The translations under genes and the position numbers were made by a program. A stretch of DNA of 32,000 nucleotides from Vibrio alginolyticus NBRC 15630 = ATCC 17749 (GTDB lineage: Bacteria > Pseudomonadota > Gammaproteobacteria > Enterobacterales > Vibrionaceae). Position 1 is the first letter of the stretch; every line of letters begins with the position of its first letter. The notes beneath the pieces were generated by a model. It searched no databases. It was given only the letters and a program-made list of their open reading frames with translations, and was not told the origin of the DNA. Shown one piece after another: positions 16,546 through 23,805 of this stretch. The stretch covers positions 780,001-812,000 of the forward strand of contig NC_022349.1 in NCBI RefSeq assembly GCF_000354175.2, in the 5' to 3' direction.

Positions 16546-16573
16546 TCATCCAAGTCCTTCGTATGAACTTTAA

Positions 16574-16912
16574 GTGTTGTTTAATAACCCACTCCCAGCC
16601 CGCCTTAAGCATGCGCGTAAACAAGCGAATCTGTCCCAAAAAGCACTGGGCATCCGTATCGGCATGGATGATAGTTCTGCAAGTGCAAGGATGAATCAAT
16701 ACGAAAGGGAGCGCCATACTCCCGACGTAAAAACGCTCAAACTTATCGCAGATGAGCTAAACGTGCCTCTAAACTATTTTTTTTGTGAAGATGAAATCAC
16801 CGCTGAACTTGCTGTGAATCTCCACAAGCTGTCAAATGATGACAAGCAAAGAGTGCTTGAGAGCACAGCCCAGCTGATTGCGGACGCAATCGCCACGAAG
16901 TCGAGTACGTAA
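16574..16912 (+). CDS. XRE (Cro/CI)-family helix-turn-helix transcriptional regulator
   Basis: 112-aa ORF with a GTG start (or TTG at 16577) and a weak SD. The HTH core LPARLKHARKQANLSQKALGIRIGMDDSSASARMNQYERERHTPDVKTLKLIADELNVPLNYFF is typical of HTH_3/XRE domains. Its stop lies 68 nt upstream of queC on the same strand. Confidence 0.75.
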   Translation: MLFNNPLPARLKHARKQANLSQKALGIRIGMDDSSASARMNQYERERHTPDVKTLKLIADELNVPLNYFFCEDEITAELAVNLHKLSNDDKQRVLESTAQLIADAIATKSST

Positions 16913-16979
16913 TTGGGATTAAACGCCTAAGAATACGTATCAATACCAAAGAATCAAAGAGCATAACTAAGGGTTCAAC

Positions 16980-17636
16980 ATGGCTACAACAAAAGCACTT
17001 GTGGTTTTTTCCGGTGGGCAGGACTCTACGACCTGCTTAATCGATGCATTAAATACATATGATGAGGTTCATGCTATAACGTTTGATTATGGCCAGCGTC
17101 ATTCAGATGAAATAGATATCGCTATCGAATTAGGTAAGCAACTTAACATCAAAAGCCACAAAGTCCTGGATGTAAAATCAATTAATGAGTTAGCGATAAG
17201 CTCGCTGACAAGAGACAACATTCCGGTATCTAATGACTTAAGCGACGCTAACGTACCCAATACATTCGTTCCAGGGAGAAACATTCTCTTTCTTACTTAC
17301 GCATGTATCCATGCTTACCAGCTTGGCATTCAAGACATCATTACGGGAGTTTGCGAAACAGACTTTAGTGGTTACCCTGACTGCCGAGACAACTTTATTC
17401 GCTCTCTAAATCTCTCTTGCAACTTAGGTATGGATAAAGCCTTCAATATTAAGACTCCTTTAATGTGGCTTACTAAAGCAGAGACCTGGGCTCTAGCTGA
17501 TAAGCACAATATGTTGGAGTTTGTCCAAAACAATACGTTAACATGTTACAACGGAATCGTTGGTAAAGGCTGTGGTGAATGCCCAGCGTGCCTACTGCGA
17601 CAAAGCGGCTTAGAAGAATACTTAGCGAGCAAATAG
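16980..17636 (+). CDS. queC: 7-cyano-7-deazaguanine (preQ0) synthase QueC
   Basis: 218-aa ORF. PP-loop [12 protein letters not shown], central [10 protein letters not shown] and [15 protein letters not shown], and the C-terminal Zn-Cys cluster CYNG...[11 protein letters not shown]. It is collinear with E. coli QueC. Confidence 0.93.
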   Translation: MATTKALVVFSGGQDSTTCLIDALNTYDEVHAITFDYGQRHSDEIDIAIELGKQLNIKSHKVLDVKSINELAISSLTRDNIPVSNDLSDANVPNTFVPGRNILFLTYACIHAYQLGIQDIITGVCETDFSGYPDCRDNFIRSLNLSCNLGMDKAFNIKTPLMWLTKAETWALADKHNMLEFVQNNTLTCYNGIVGKGCGECPACLLRQSGLEEYLASK

Positions 17637-17731
17637 TCTTTGTTAGCGGTAATAGCGCTGGGATAAAACCTTTTGCGTTAGCTTCTAAACGTTTTATCTC
17701 AGCGTGAAACTCCAGCCAACAGAGCTTCATT

Positions 17732-17758
17732 TTGATGCCGCCAGATTGGTGGCATCAA
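17732..17758. terminator. Hairpin between convergent queC and queE (possible terminator)
   Basis: 12-bp stem TTGATGCCGCCA (17732-17743) with TGGTGGCATCAA (17747-17758), including one G-U pair, and a 3-nt loop. No clear U-tract on either strand. Confidence 0.3.
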
Positions 17759-17946
17759 TTAAATGCGAAACGATTGTCGAACCAAAGATAGCACCACACC
17801 ACAACAGCCAACACTTCTTAGCTTTTACAACGCTATAAATTGTTTAGATATATCGACAATGTTTCGATAGCAAAGCTACCAACGGCATTACTCGCGAAAC
17901 CGGGATTAGATAGAAAAGCCACTTCGAATGATGACGAGCCTCTCGT

Positions 17947-18627
17947 CTAAGCAATACTCAAATATTTATGAGTTTGAACAGACAAACGCCAATTGCGGGC
18001 AATGCACGTATCAATACACAATTGCGTAGCACGAGGCTTCTGGCTAATTGGTTGTAGTGCAATGATAGTCTCAGCCGCTACGTTCGCATTTGCTAAAAGG
18101 TCATCAAGGTGGTCGATGTCTTTCTGGGTGCCGACTGGATGCTTAATCTCATTTGCTCGCTCTAACGCGCTATTAAGCACTGGCAATTTACCTTTCATCG
18201 CCACTTTTGGTGACACTGTCACCCACGTATTTTCTGAAGTAATCACTTCTGATGTGCCACTGGTTTCAATTTGGCATTGGCACCCCATATCTTCAAACGC
18301 CTTTGTTAAAGGGCGCAGATCATAAATACAAGGCTCTCCACCAGTAATCACGATATGCTTAGCATTAAAGCCTTGCTGTTGGTATTGCTCTACGATGTTC
18401 TCGGCAGATGCAACACACCAAGTCGGAGAGTCTTCCGTTTTCACCAGAATATCGCCTATTTGACGTTGATCATTCTCATCTGCATACCACGTCTGTTTGG
18501 TATCGCACCATGAGCAACCAACCGGACACTCTTGAAGCCGAACAAAAACAGCAGGGACTCCAGTGAAAATCCCTTCCCCTTGGATGGTTTCAAACATCTC
18601 ATTTAGCTTATACAACGCAGAACTCAC
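17947..18627 (-). CDS. queE: 7-carboxy-7-deazaguanine synthase QueE (radical SAM)
   Basis: NEMFETIQGEGIFTGVPAVFVRLQECPVGCSWCDTK carries the CX14CX2C-type radical-SAM cluster found in E. coli QueE. The C-terminus ...CIARNWRLSVQTHKYLSIA is nearly identical in pattern to E. coli QueE. The ORF-track start is GTG 18627. TTG 18615 (MYKLNEMF...) fits the E. coli N-terminal length better. Confidence 0.92.
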   Translation of the reverse strand: MSSALYKLNEMFETIQGEGIFTGVPAVFVRLQECPVGCSWCDTKQTWYADENDQRQIGDILVKTEDSPTWCVASAENIVEQYQQQGFNAKHIVITGGEPCIYDLRPLTKAFEDMGCQCQIETSGTSEVITSENTWVTVSPKVAMKGKLPVLNSALERANEIKHPVGTQKDIDHLDDLLANANVAAETIIALQPISQKPRATQLCIDTCIARNWRLSVQTHKYLSIA

Positions 18628-18662
18628 TCAACTCATAACATTTCAAGGCGAAGACCATAATG

Positions 18663-18674
18663 GACACGCGTGTC
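18663..18674. promoter_or_regulatory. Perfect 12-bp palindrome GACACGCGTGTC in the queE/HAD divergent promoter region
   Basis: Read directly from the sequence. It is GC-rich within an AT-rich intergenic region, 36 nt upstream of the queE ORF start. Confidence 0.25.
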
Positions 18675-18810
18675 TAGGTCAATTTAAACCAAAAATTAAT
18701 TGTTAAAATAGACCATTTTGTAGTTTCATAGCGTAATGAATGCAGGTTTCTGGTTAACGTTAAACCAAGCCTTTTTCACTGACAGACCCCAAAAAACTTT
18801 AAGGTAAGAA

Positions 18811-19623
18811 ATGATGTATAAACTGATCGCACTAGATATGGATGGCACGCTACTCAATAGTGATAAAGCCATTTCTGAAGAAAACAAACAAGCGATCGCA
18901 AAAGCTCGAGAAGCAGGCGTTACTGTCGTTCTCGCTTCTGGTCGCCCATTAGAAGGAATGCAAGACAAGCTCGACGAACTGAATATCCATTCCGATCGAG
19001 ATTTTGTTCTTTACTACAACGGTTCGATGGTCAAGAACGTAGGCACAAACGACATCATCCACCAGCAAATCATAGATGGTAAAGCTGCAAAATTGGTGGC
19101 GCGAAAAGCCGAAGAGCTAGGTGCGTACGTCCATGCTTTTAGTCAAGTTCATGGTTTAATCACCAACGAACACAACCCTTACACCGATATTGAAGCAAAG
19201 ATAAATGGCTTAAATGTCACCGAGATGAACTTCGAATCACTAGAAGACGATCATCCAATCATCAAAGCTATGATGGTTGCAGAGCCAAGCAAACTAACAG
19301 AAGTTATAGCAGCACTGCCAGCTGAAATGCGCGAAGCGTTTACGGTTGTTCAAAGCGCTCCGTTTTTCCTTGAGTTTCTTAACCCTGCGAGCAACAAAGG
19401 TATTGGTGTTGCCGCAATTGCCGAGTATCTGGGAATTAAACCGGAAGAAGTTATCTGTATGGGTGACGCAGAAAATGACCACCACATGCTGAAATACGCT
19501 GGCCTTGGTATCGCGATGGCAAATGCAATGGAAGAAACCAAGCAAATCGCTGACTACATTACGGCAAGTAATGATGAGCACGGTGTCGCTAAAGCTATAG
19601 AAAAGTTCGTGCTCAATGCATAG
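18811..19623 (+). CDS. Cof-type HAD-IIB phosphatase (YidA/Cof-like sugar or vitamin-phosphate phosphatase)
   Basis: 270-aa ORF. HAD motif I is DMDGTLL, motif II is ASGRP, motif III Lys lies in ASNKG, and motif IV is GDAENDHHM. The cap region length is typical of the Cof subfamily. SD AAGG lies upstream of the tandem ATGs (18811/18814). Confidence 0.85.
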   Translation: MMYKLIALDMDGTLLNSDKAISEENKQAIAKAREAGVTVVLASGRPLEGMQDKLDELNIHSDRDFVLYYNGSMVKNVGTNDIIHQQIIDGKAAKLVARKAEELGAYVHAFSQVHGLITNEHNPYTDIEAKINGLNVTEMNFESLEDDHPIIKAMMVAEPSKLTEVIAALPAEMREAFTVVQSAPFFLEFLNPASNKGIGVAAIAEYLGIKPEEVICMGDAENDHHMLKYAGLGIAMANAMEETKQIADYITASNDEHGVAKAIEKFVLNA

Positions 19624-19718
19624 CCCTTTCCGCCATGTCTGTTGCGTTAAGCTTCTTACGTTTAACATCCCTAGCCGTCCAAGATAGGCAAGCGGCGTTG
19701 TTCGTGGACTAAACGTGT

Positions 19719-19750
19719 AAAAGCCTTGCTGTAATGCAAGGCTTTTTTTT
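19719..19750. terminator. Rho-independent terminator between the convergent HAD and Nudix genes
   Basis: Stem GCCTTGC (19723-19729) with GCAAGGC (19736-19742), a 6-nt loop, flanking AAAA and TTTTTTTT. It is strong on the plus strand and weaker on the minus strand (4-U tail). Confidence 0.8.
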
Positions 19751-19782
19751 ACTTAAATACTAATAGATAACAAATACAGCCA

Positions 19783-21228
19783 TCAATCTAGCAACGTTTT
19801 GCTCGGTTGGTTTTCACAAGTCAGCTTCCTTGCAAGCAGCATAAATAACAACATTAATAATGGATAATGTAACGTCGACAAGACTAATGACCACAAACCG
19901 CTAAACGATACGATATTAGCCGAGTACAAATAGAGTTGATCAACAAGCAACAATGCCAGCGTCACAAAGATCATCTGCCGAGTATCTAAATGTGCTTTCG
20001 ACTCTTTAAATGTCATGACCAACGCTGATGCTGTGATTAAAATTGCTAGCCAGCGACCAAACACAGGTAATGGCCAGATGACGGAGATGACCGCTGTTGC
20101 CGCAGTCATAATGAACCAGACGCCTTTTGAGCTTAGAACTTGATCAACGTTCACATCTTGATTTGTTTCCAATCGAAGAACATGCCAAGCCACCAAGCTG
20201 CCTAACAGCGCGCCAAATAACATATCTAAAATAAAGGCACTGCCGAGGAAAAACTTACCTAACACCACTGTAAGAGTGATGAACACGAAGACTGCCGTTG
20301 TTCCATTCAAACCGAAATACTGGGTTCTATGAAACAAGGACGTCAGAACACAAAACCACACAGCGATAGGCAAGCTAGGAAAACTAAAGCCAAAGCTGTG
20401 CGTTAACTCCATCATTGGTATATAGACATGTGGGCGCGGTAACGAAAAGCCTTGTTGAGCGACAAGCACCATAAGCGACGTTGCACTAATTGCAAAAAAG
20501 AGTCGGTACACAAACCGGCTACCAAAGCGCATCATGGCAAAAGGAAATAGAAAGAGTAGTACCGTCGGTTCTGTCAGGTCTATAACCAGTTTCGAGATCT
20601 GACTAGCTACCTCGTAACTCTTTTCTGACAACGCCCCTACCCAACTCTGTAAATCTATCAGCCACGCCAATTCAACCTGACGAAATGAAGGCGCGGATTC
20701 GATCAACTGAGTCACATAAGATACTGATTGCTTGGTAGCTTGATCAAAAAACTGAGTGGCTTGTGGCCATTGCTCAGGATAACGATATAAAGATGATGGT
20801 AATTCAGATGGGCTAAGCAACATCGCTGACGCAACTTCTACTCCATAATGAGGGGCAAACCAAATAGGCAGTTCATTTCCACCTAAAGAATTATTCATAG
20901 AAAAAGCGATAATGTCAGAGTCTGATATACAGTCGTAAAAAACCGCAGTGTCCGTTCTGCCAAGCTCCTCTCCAACCGTAACCACTATACCGGTTTCTTC
21001 CCACGTTTCTCGTTGAGCAGCAACTTGTGGAGACTCACCATCAATAATGGTTCCGCCAGGTAGAGAAATCTTATCCGTTAATACTTCATGAACTAACACT
21101 AACTTGTCATCAGCGCGAACAATACAGAGCGCTCCTTTAACTTCGCTCGCAGTGGCTTTAGCCGTAGAGATCGGTGAAACAGGTAACAAAATAAAACAAA
21201 GGATGAGTAATAACAGCTGTCTCAACAC
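19783..21228 (-). CDS. Membrane protein: N-terminal signal/anchor, Nudix hydrolase domain, and a polytopic PAP2-like domain with degenerate catalytic motifs
   Basis: 481-aa ORF with a GTG start. N-terminus is MLRQLLLLILCFILLPVSPISTAKA|TAS. The Nudix box is complete: GGTIIDGESPQVAAQRETWEETGIV (GX5EX7REUXEEXGU). At least 8 hydrophobic spans follow. PAP2-like motif remnants occur in order: QQGFSLPRP, FSFPSLP, GKFFLGSAFILDMLFGALLG. Confidence 0.75.
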   Translation of the reverse strand: MLRQLLLLILCFILLPVSPISTAKATASEVKGALCIVRADDKLVLVHEVLTDKISLPGGTIIDGESPQVAAQRETWEETGIVVTVGEELGRTDTAVFYDCISDSDIIAFSMNNSLGGNELPIWFAPHYGVEVASAMLLSPSELPSSLYRYPEQWPQATQFFDQATKQSVSYVTQLIESAPSFRQVELAWLIDLQSWVGALSEKSYEVASQISKLVIDLTEPTVLLFLFPFAMMRFGSRFVYRLFFAISATSLMVLVAQQGFSLPRPHVYIPMMELTHSFGFSFPSLPIAVWFCVLTSLFHRTQYFGLNGTTAVFVFITLTVVLGKFFLGSAFILDMLFGALLGSLVAWHVLRLETNQDVNVDQVLSSKGVWFIMTAATAVISVIWPLPVFGRWLAILITASALVMTFKESKAHLDTRQMIFVTLALLLVDQLYLYSANIVSFSGLWSLVLSTLHYPLLMLLFMLLARKLTCENQPSKTLLD

Positions 21229-21491
21229 AAAATATGACCTTAAATAAACATAATGATAACCAATGAATCATGGCAGTTAATCTTATCTTTTTCGACAAAA
21301 ATTAAGTAACGAGTTATGCCAAACTGAGTTGATCGCGTAAAACCTGATCTCAACGCTCACTGGAGAATAATTTAATGCAAACCTGACAAAAATCAGACAA
21401 AACATAAAATGTTGATCGCAATTCTGCCAGTTATATAAAGATAACGTCAGGACAAAGTCATACACATTTTGTGGGTTCTCATAGTTGACAC

Positions 21492-21528
21492 AATAAAAAA
21501 GGGCTTATTATTCGCAAACAATAAACCC
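21492..21528 (-). terminator. Rho-independent terminator of the protease gene
   Basis: On the minus strand the stem GGGTTTATT/AATAAGCCC (one G-U pair) has loop GTTTGCG and is followed by TTTTTTATTGTG. It lies 86 nt after the stop at 21614. Confidence 0.7.
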
Positions 21529-21613
21529 TAGTTATGATAACTATGTACTGATCGTTGAAACCAAGAATGAATCTTATCTCATGGTCAACGAATCAAGTTC
21601 ACTGGCCCGATAG

Positions 21614-22945
21614 TTAGTTAGACTTGCAATTCGCATCGCCTACTTTTTGCCAAACACCCCAAGGCCCTGAGTCTGCTGGATTATCACCTTGAGTCCACCA
21701 CTGCGCTTGCCAAACTTTACCATTCCAAGTAACCGTATCTCCTTTGAGATACACTAAGCTGGCTTGCCATACAGTTGTACAGCTATCTGTGGGAGGCGTT
21801 GTCACCGTTTTCGCTTGAGCGGATACTAACGCTTGGTATTGTGTGCTGGTCTTATCAACGTTGAAGTTCAAAGCCACTCTTGCTTCTCCGCTCTGAGTAG
21901 CACCAAATTCAACATCAACACGACAACTTGCATTCATTGCTAACGTCGCCTGAGAGCACTGATCATTGGCAATAACAGCTGCATCAGTAACACCCGAAGC
22001 AAACGCGCGAACATTTTCCACAGTGAAGGTGGTGCTCCCTGAATTCTGGATAACAAAGCTATGTTGCTGTAACTCCCCAACATTAAATGATGCCAGTGTC
22101 TGTTCGGTGGTGTATCCAACAGAAACATTTTCTTTTGGTGGTGTTGCTGTTCCGATAACACCATCGACAAAATTGCGCATAGCAGCGATATCGCTATAAA
22201 CCCCATACATACCAGGACGAGCACAACCTATTCCCCAACTGACCACACCAAGTTGAGTGATTACACCACTGCGATTAATAACGATTGGACCACCACTATC
22301 TCCCTGACAAGAATCTATCCCACCTTGAGGAATACCCGCACAGAATGACACTTCTCCAACCGTTGTGTAGTTGCCACCGGCTTGACGGCAAGTCATATCC
22401 GACACAAGTGGGACGTCAACCTCTTGCAATCGAGACGGAGAGCTTCCTCCTTCAGAAGTTCGCCCTAAGCCAGCAACACTAAGCCAATCTCCGATGCTCG
22501 CGTATTGCGTTAGACTACCATTCGCAATCTCAACTGAAGAAACACCTTGAGGCACAGAGTCGAGCTTCAATACCGCGAGGTCATGAGAAAGCGTCGCGCG
22601 GCGATATGCCGGGTGCATATGGATCTCACTGACGTTTGCACGAACACCATCACTACCGTTATAAACAACGCCACCGATTTTAACCGCAATCTGACTCGGA
22701 GAATCACCCTCAACACAATGTGCAGCAGTCAGGACGTAACCATTCCCGATATAACTGGCCCCACAATACGATCGGTTACCATAACGACTAACAATTTGGG
22801 TGTAGAATTTCCAGTCACGTGGGTCGGCAGTTACTCCGCCTACGATCTGGGGTTGGATAGTGTGATTTTGCGTCTGTGACAAATCATCAGCACTTGCGAA
22901 CATTGGCAAAACGGCTAAAGCAAGTAACGATTTTGTTAGTTTCAA
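21614..22945 (-). CDS. Secreted trypsin-like (S1 family) serine protease with a beta-sandwich linker domain and a C-terminal CBM5/12 chitin-binding module
   Basis: Mature N-terminus IVGG. Catalytic triad LTAAHC / DLAVLKL / GDSGGP. S1 pocket Asp lies in GIDSCQGDSGGP. The C-terminal motif WQASLVYLKGDTVTWNGKVWQAQWWTQGDNP...GPWGVWQKVG is typical of CBM5/12. Start re-set to TTG 22945 (AAGAGGA lies 7 nt upstream), giving signal peptide MKLTKSLLALAVLPMFASA|DD. The ORF-track start at 23020 adds 25 non-signal-like residues. Confidence 0.88.
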   Translation of the reverse strand: MKLTKSLLALAVLPMFASADDLSQTQNHTIQPQIVGGVTADPRDWKFYTQIVSRYGNRSYCGASYIGNGYVLTAAHCVEGDSPSQIAVKIGGVVYNGSDGVRANVSEIHMHPAYRRATLSHDLAVLKLDSVPQGVSSVEIANGSLTQYASIGDWLSVAGLGRTSEGGSSPSRLQEVDVPLVSDMTCRQAGGNYTTVGEVSFCAGIPQGGIDSCQGDSGGPIVINRSGVITQLGVVSWGIGCARPGMYGVYSDIAAMRNFVDGVIGTATPPKENVSVGYTTEQTLASFNVGELQQHSFVIQNSGSTTFTVENVRAFASGVTDAAVIANDQCSQATLAMNASCRVDVEFGATQSGEARVALNFNVDKTSTQYQALVSAQAKTVTTPPTDSCTTVWQASLVYLKGDTVTWNGKVWQAQWWTQGDNPADSGPWGVWQKVGDANCKSN

Positions 22946-23136
22946 AATATTGTCCTCTTGTTTTTGTAAGCACGATCCTCGTGCTACTAATAAACAAGCA
23001 GACAAAAACGCCGATACCAATGTGGGTGCATATCAATTTATTAACATTGCGAGCAACTTATAGAGAAAAGTCTATTGACGAACTGAATGATTTCAATTCG
23101 AATGAACCTAAATCACAATATTAAAGTTAAATACGA

Positions 23137-23628
23137 TTATTCGTTCAGCGGTTTTCTTAAATAGTGGATATGATGTGCAAACCCTTGTTTTTCATACAAA
23201 GATATTGCGCCCTGGTTAAAATGCCATACTTCAACAAACATCTGTTTTGCACCGTAATCAGAGAACGTTGACTCAATTTTATTAATCAATGCCTGCGCCG
23301 TACCTTGTTTTCGATATTCAGGCAACACATAGAGCTCATCCACACTTCCCATCATAACTGGCTGGCTGACGGTAGAAATAAGTTCACAGAAGTGACCAGA
23401 GATAAAGCCAATAATTTCATCTCCTTGTTTTGCTACGTAAACAAGGCACTCAGGGTCGTCAATATATCGAGCAATGCTTTTTTCTTGTTCTATCTCCTCT
23501 GCCGTTTTGAAAAGCTCAGGAGATTGAAGATGATGCTCATCATGAAGCTCGAACATAAGATCGTTGAGCAACTCTAGGTCGCTAAAACACGCAGGTTTAA
23601 TCGCAAACGTGGTCATACAAAGGGTCAC
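23137..23628 (-). CDS. GNAT-family N-acetyltransferase
   Basis: 163-aa ORF. GNAT motif A is ELYVLPEYRKQGTAQALI, followed by ...FVEVWHFNQGAISLYEKQGF. The start is uncertain: GTG 23628 or ATG 23616, neither with a good SD. Confidence 0.8.
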   Translation of the reverse strand: MTLCMTTFAIKPACFSDLELLNDLMFELHDEHHLQSPELFKTAEEIEQEKSIARYIDDPECLVYVAKQGDEIIGFISGHFCELISTVSQPVMMGSVDELYVLPEYRKQGTAQALINKIESTFSDYGAKQMFVEVWHFNQGAISLYEKQGFAHHIHYLRKPLNE

Positions 23629-23712
23629 TAAAAATGGAATGGCTGTAGTTTGTGAGGAAAACGTCGTATTGGCAAGTCACAAATGCTTTCACGATACGTT
23701 TGTACTGTTTGA

Positions 23713-23752
23713 ACAACAAAAAGGCCCCTGCACTTAATAAACGTACAGAGGC
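23713..23752 (-). terminator. Rho-independent terminator after prpE
   Basis: On the minus strand the stem GCCTCTGTAC/GTGCAGGGGC (10 bp, two G-U pairs) has loop GTTTATTAA and is followed by CTTTTTGTTGTT. It lies 54 nt after the prpE stop. Confidence 0.7.
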
Positions 23753-23805
23753 AGAACCAACCAACAGAGTTCGAGGATCAGGGGTTAGTTAGAATTGAGT
23801 TTTTC

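Noticed and set aside
16533-16551. Fur-box-like sequence GATAATCTTAGTCATC overlapping palindrome P2
   Set aside because: Only about 12 of 19 positions match the Fur consensus GATAATGATAATCATTATC. The sequence is better explained as the perfect CTAAGATAATCTTAG palindrome.
16913-16979. Possible preQ1 riboswitch in the queC leader
   Set aside because: I found no short P1 hairpin followed by the conserved A-rich tail/pseudoknot pattern of preQ1-I/II/III in the 68-nt leader. The region looks unstructured.
16980-18627. QueC/QueE as part of a 7-deazaguanine DNA-modification (Dpd) or QueC-like (Qat-type) defence system
   Set aside because: Both proteins are near-collinear with the housekeeping E. 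coli QueC and QueE, including all catalytic motifs. No DpdA/TGT-like, ATPase, TatD or helicase genes are nearby. The neighbours are ordinary metabolic genes.
21329-21419. 9-bp direct repeat GTTGATCGC (two copies 82 bp apart) upstream of the Nudix/PAP2-like gene
   Set aside because: A single 9-mer repeat within a ~385-bp interval is not far from chance expectation, and no further copies or symmetry were seen.
21283-21465. 60-aa minus-strand ORF between the protease and Nudix genes
   Set aside because: It has no SD and an aromatic/Cys-rich, odd composition. It sits in the promoter region of the Nudix gene, just downstream of the protease terminator. It is probably non-coding.
22946-23020. N-terminal extensions suggested by the ORF track: protease 22946-23020, prpC 30858-30911, prpE 25684-25728, prpF 26958-26963, LysR 15569-15595, ABC ATPase 2323-2337
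   Set aside because: The extensions start at TTG/GTG codons without an SD and add residues absent from homologs. For the protease they destroy the signal peptide. Internal ATG/TTG starts with good SD motifs fit better. The ATPase case remains ambiguous.
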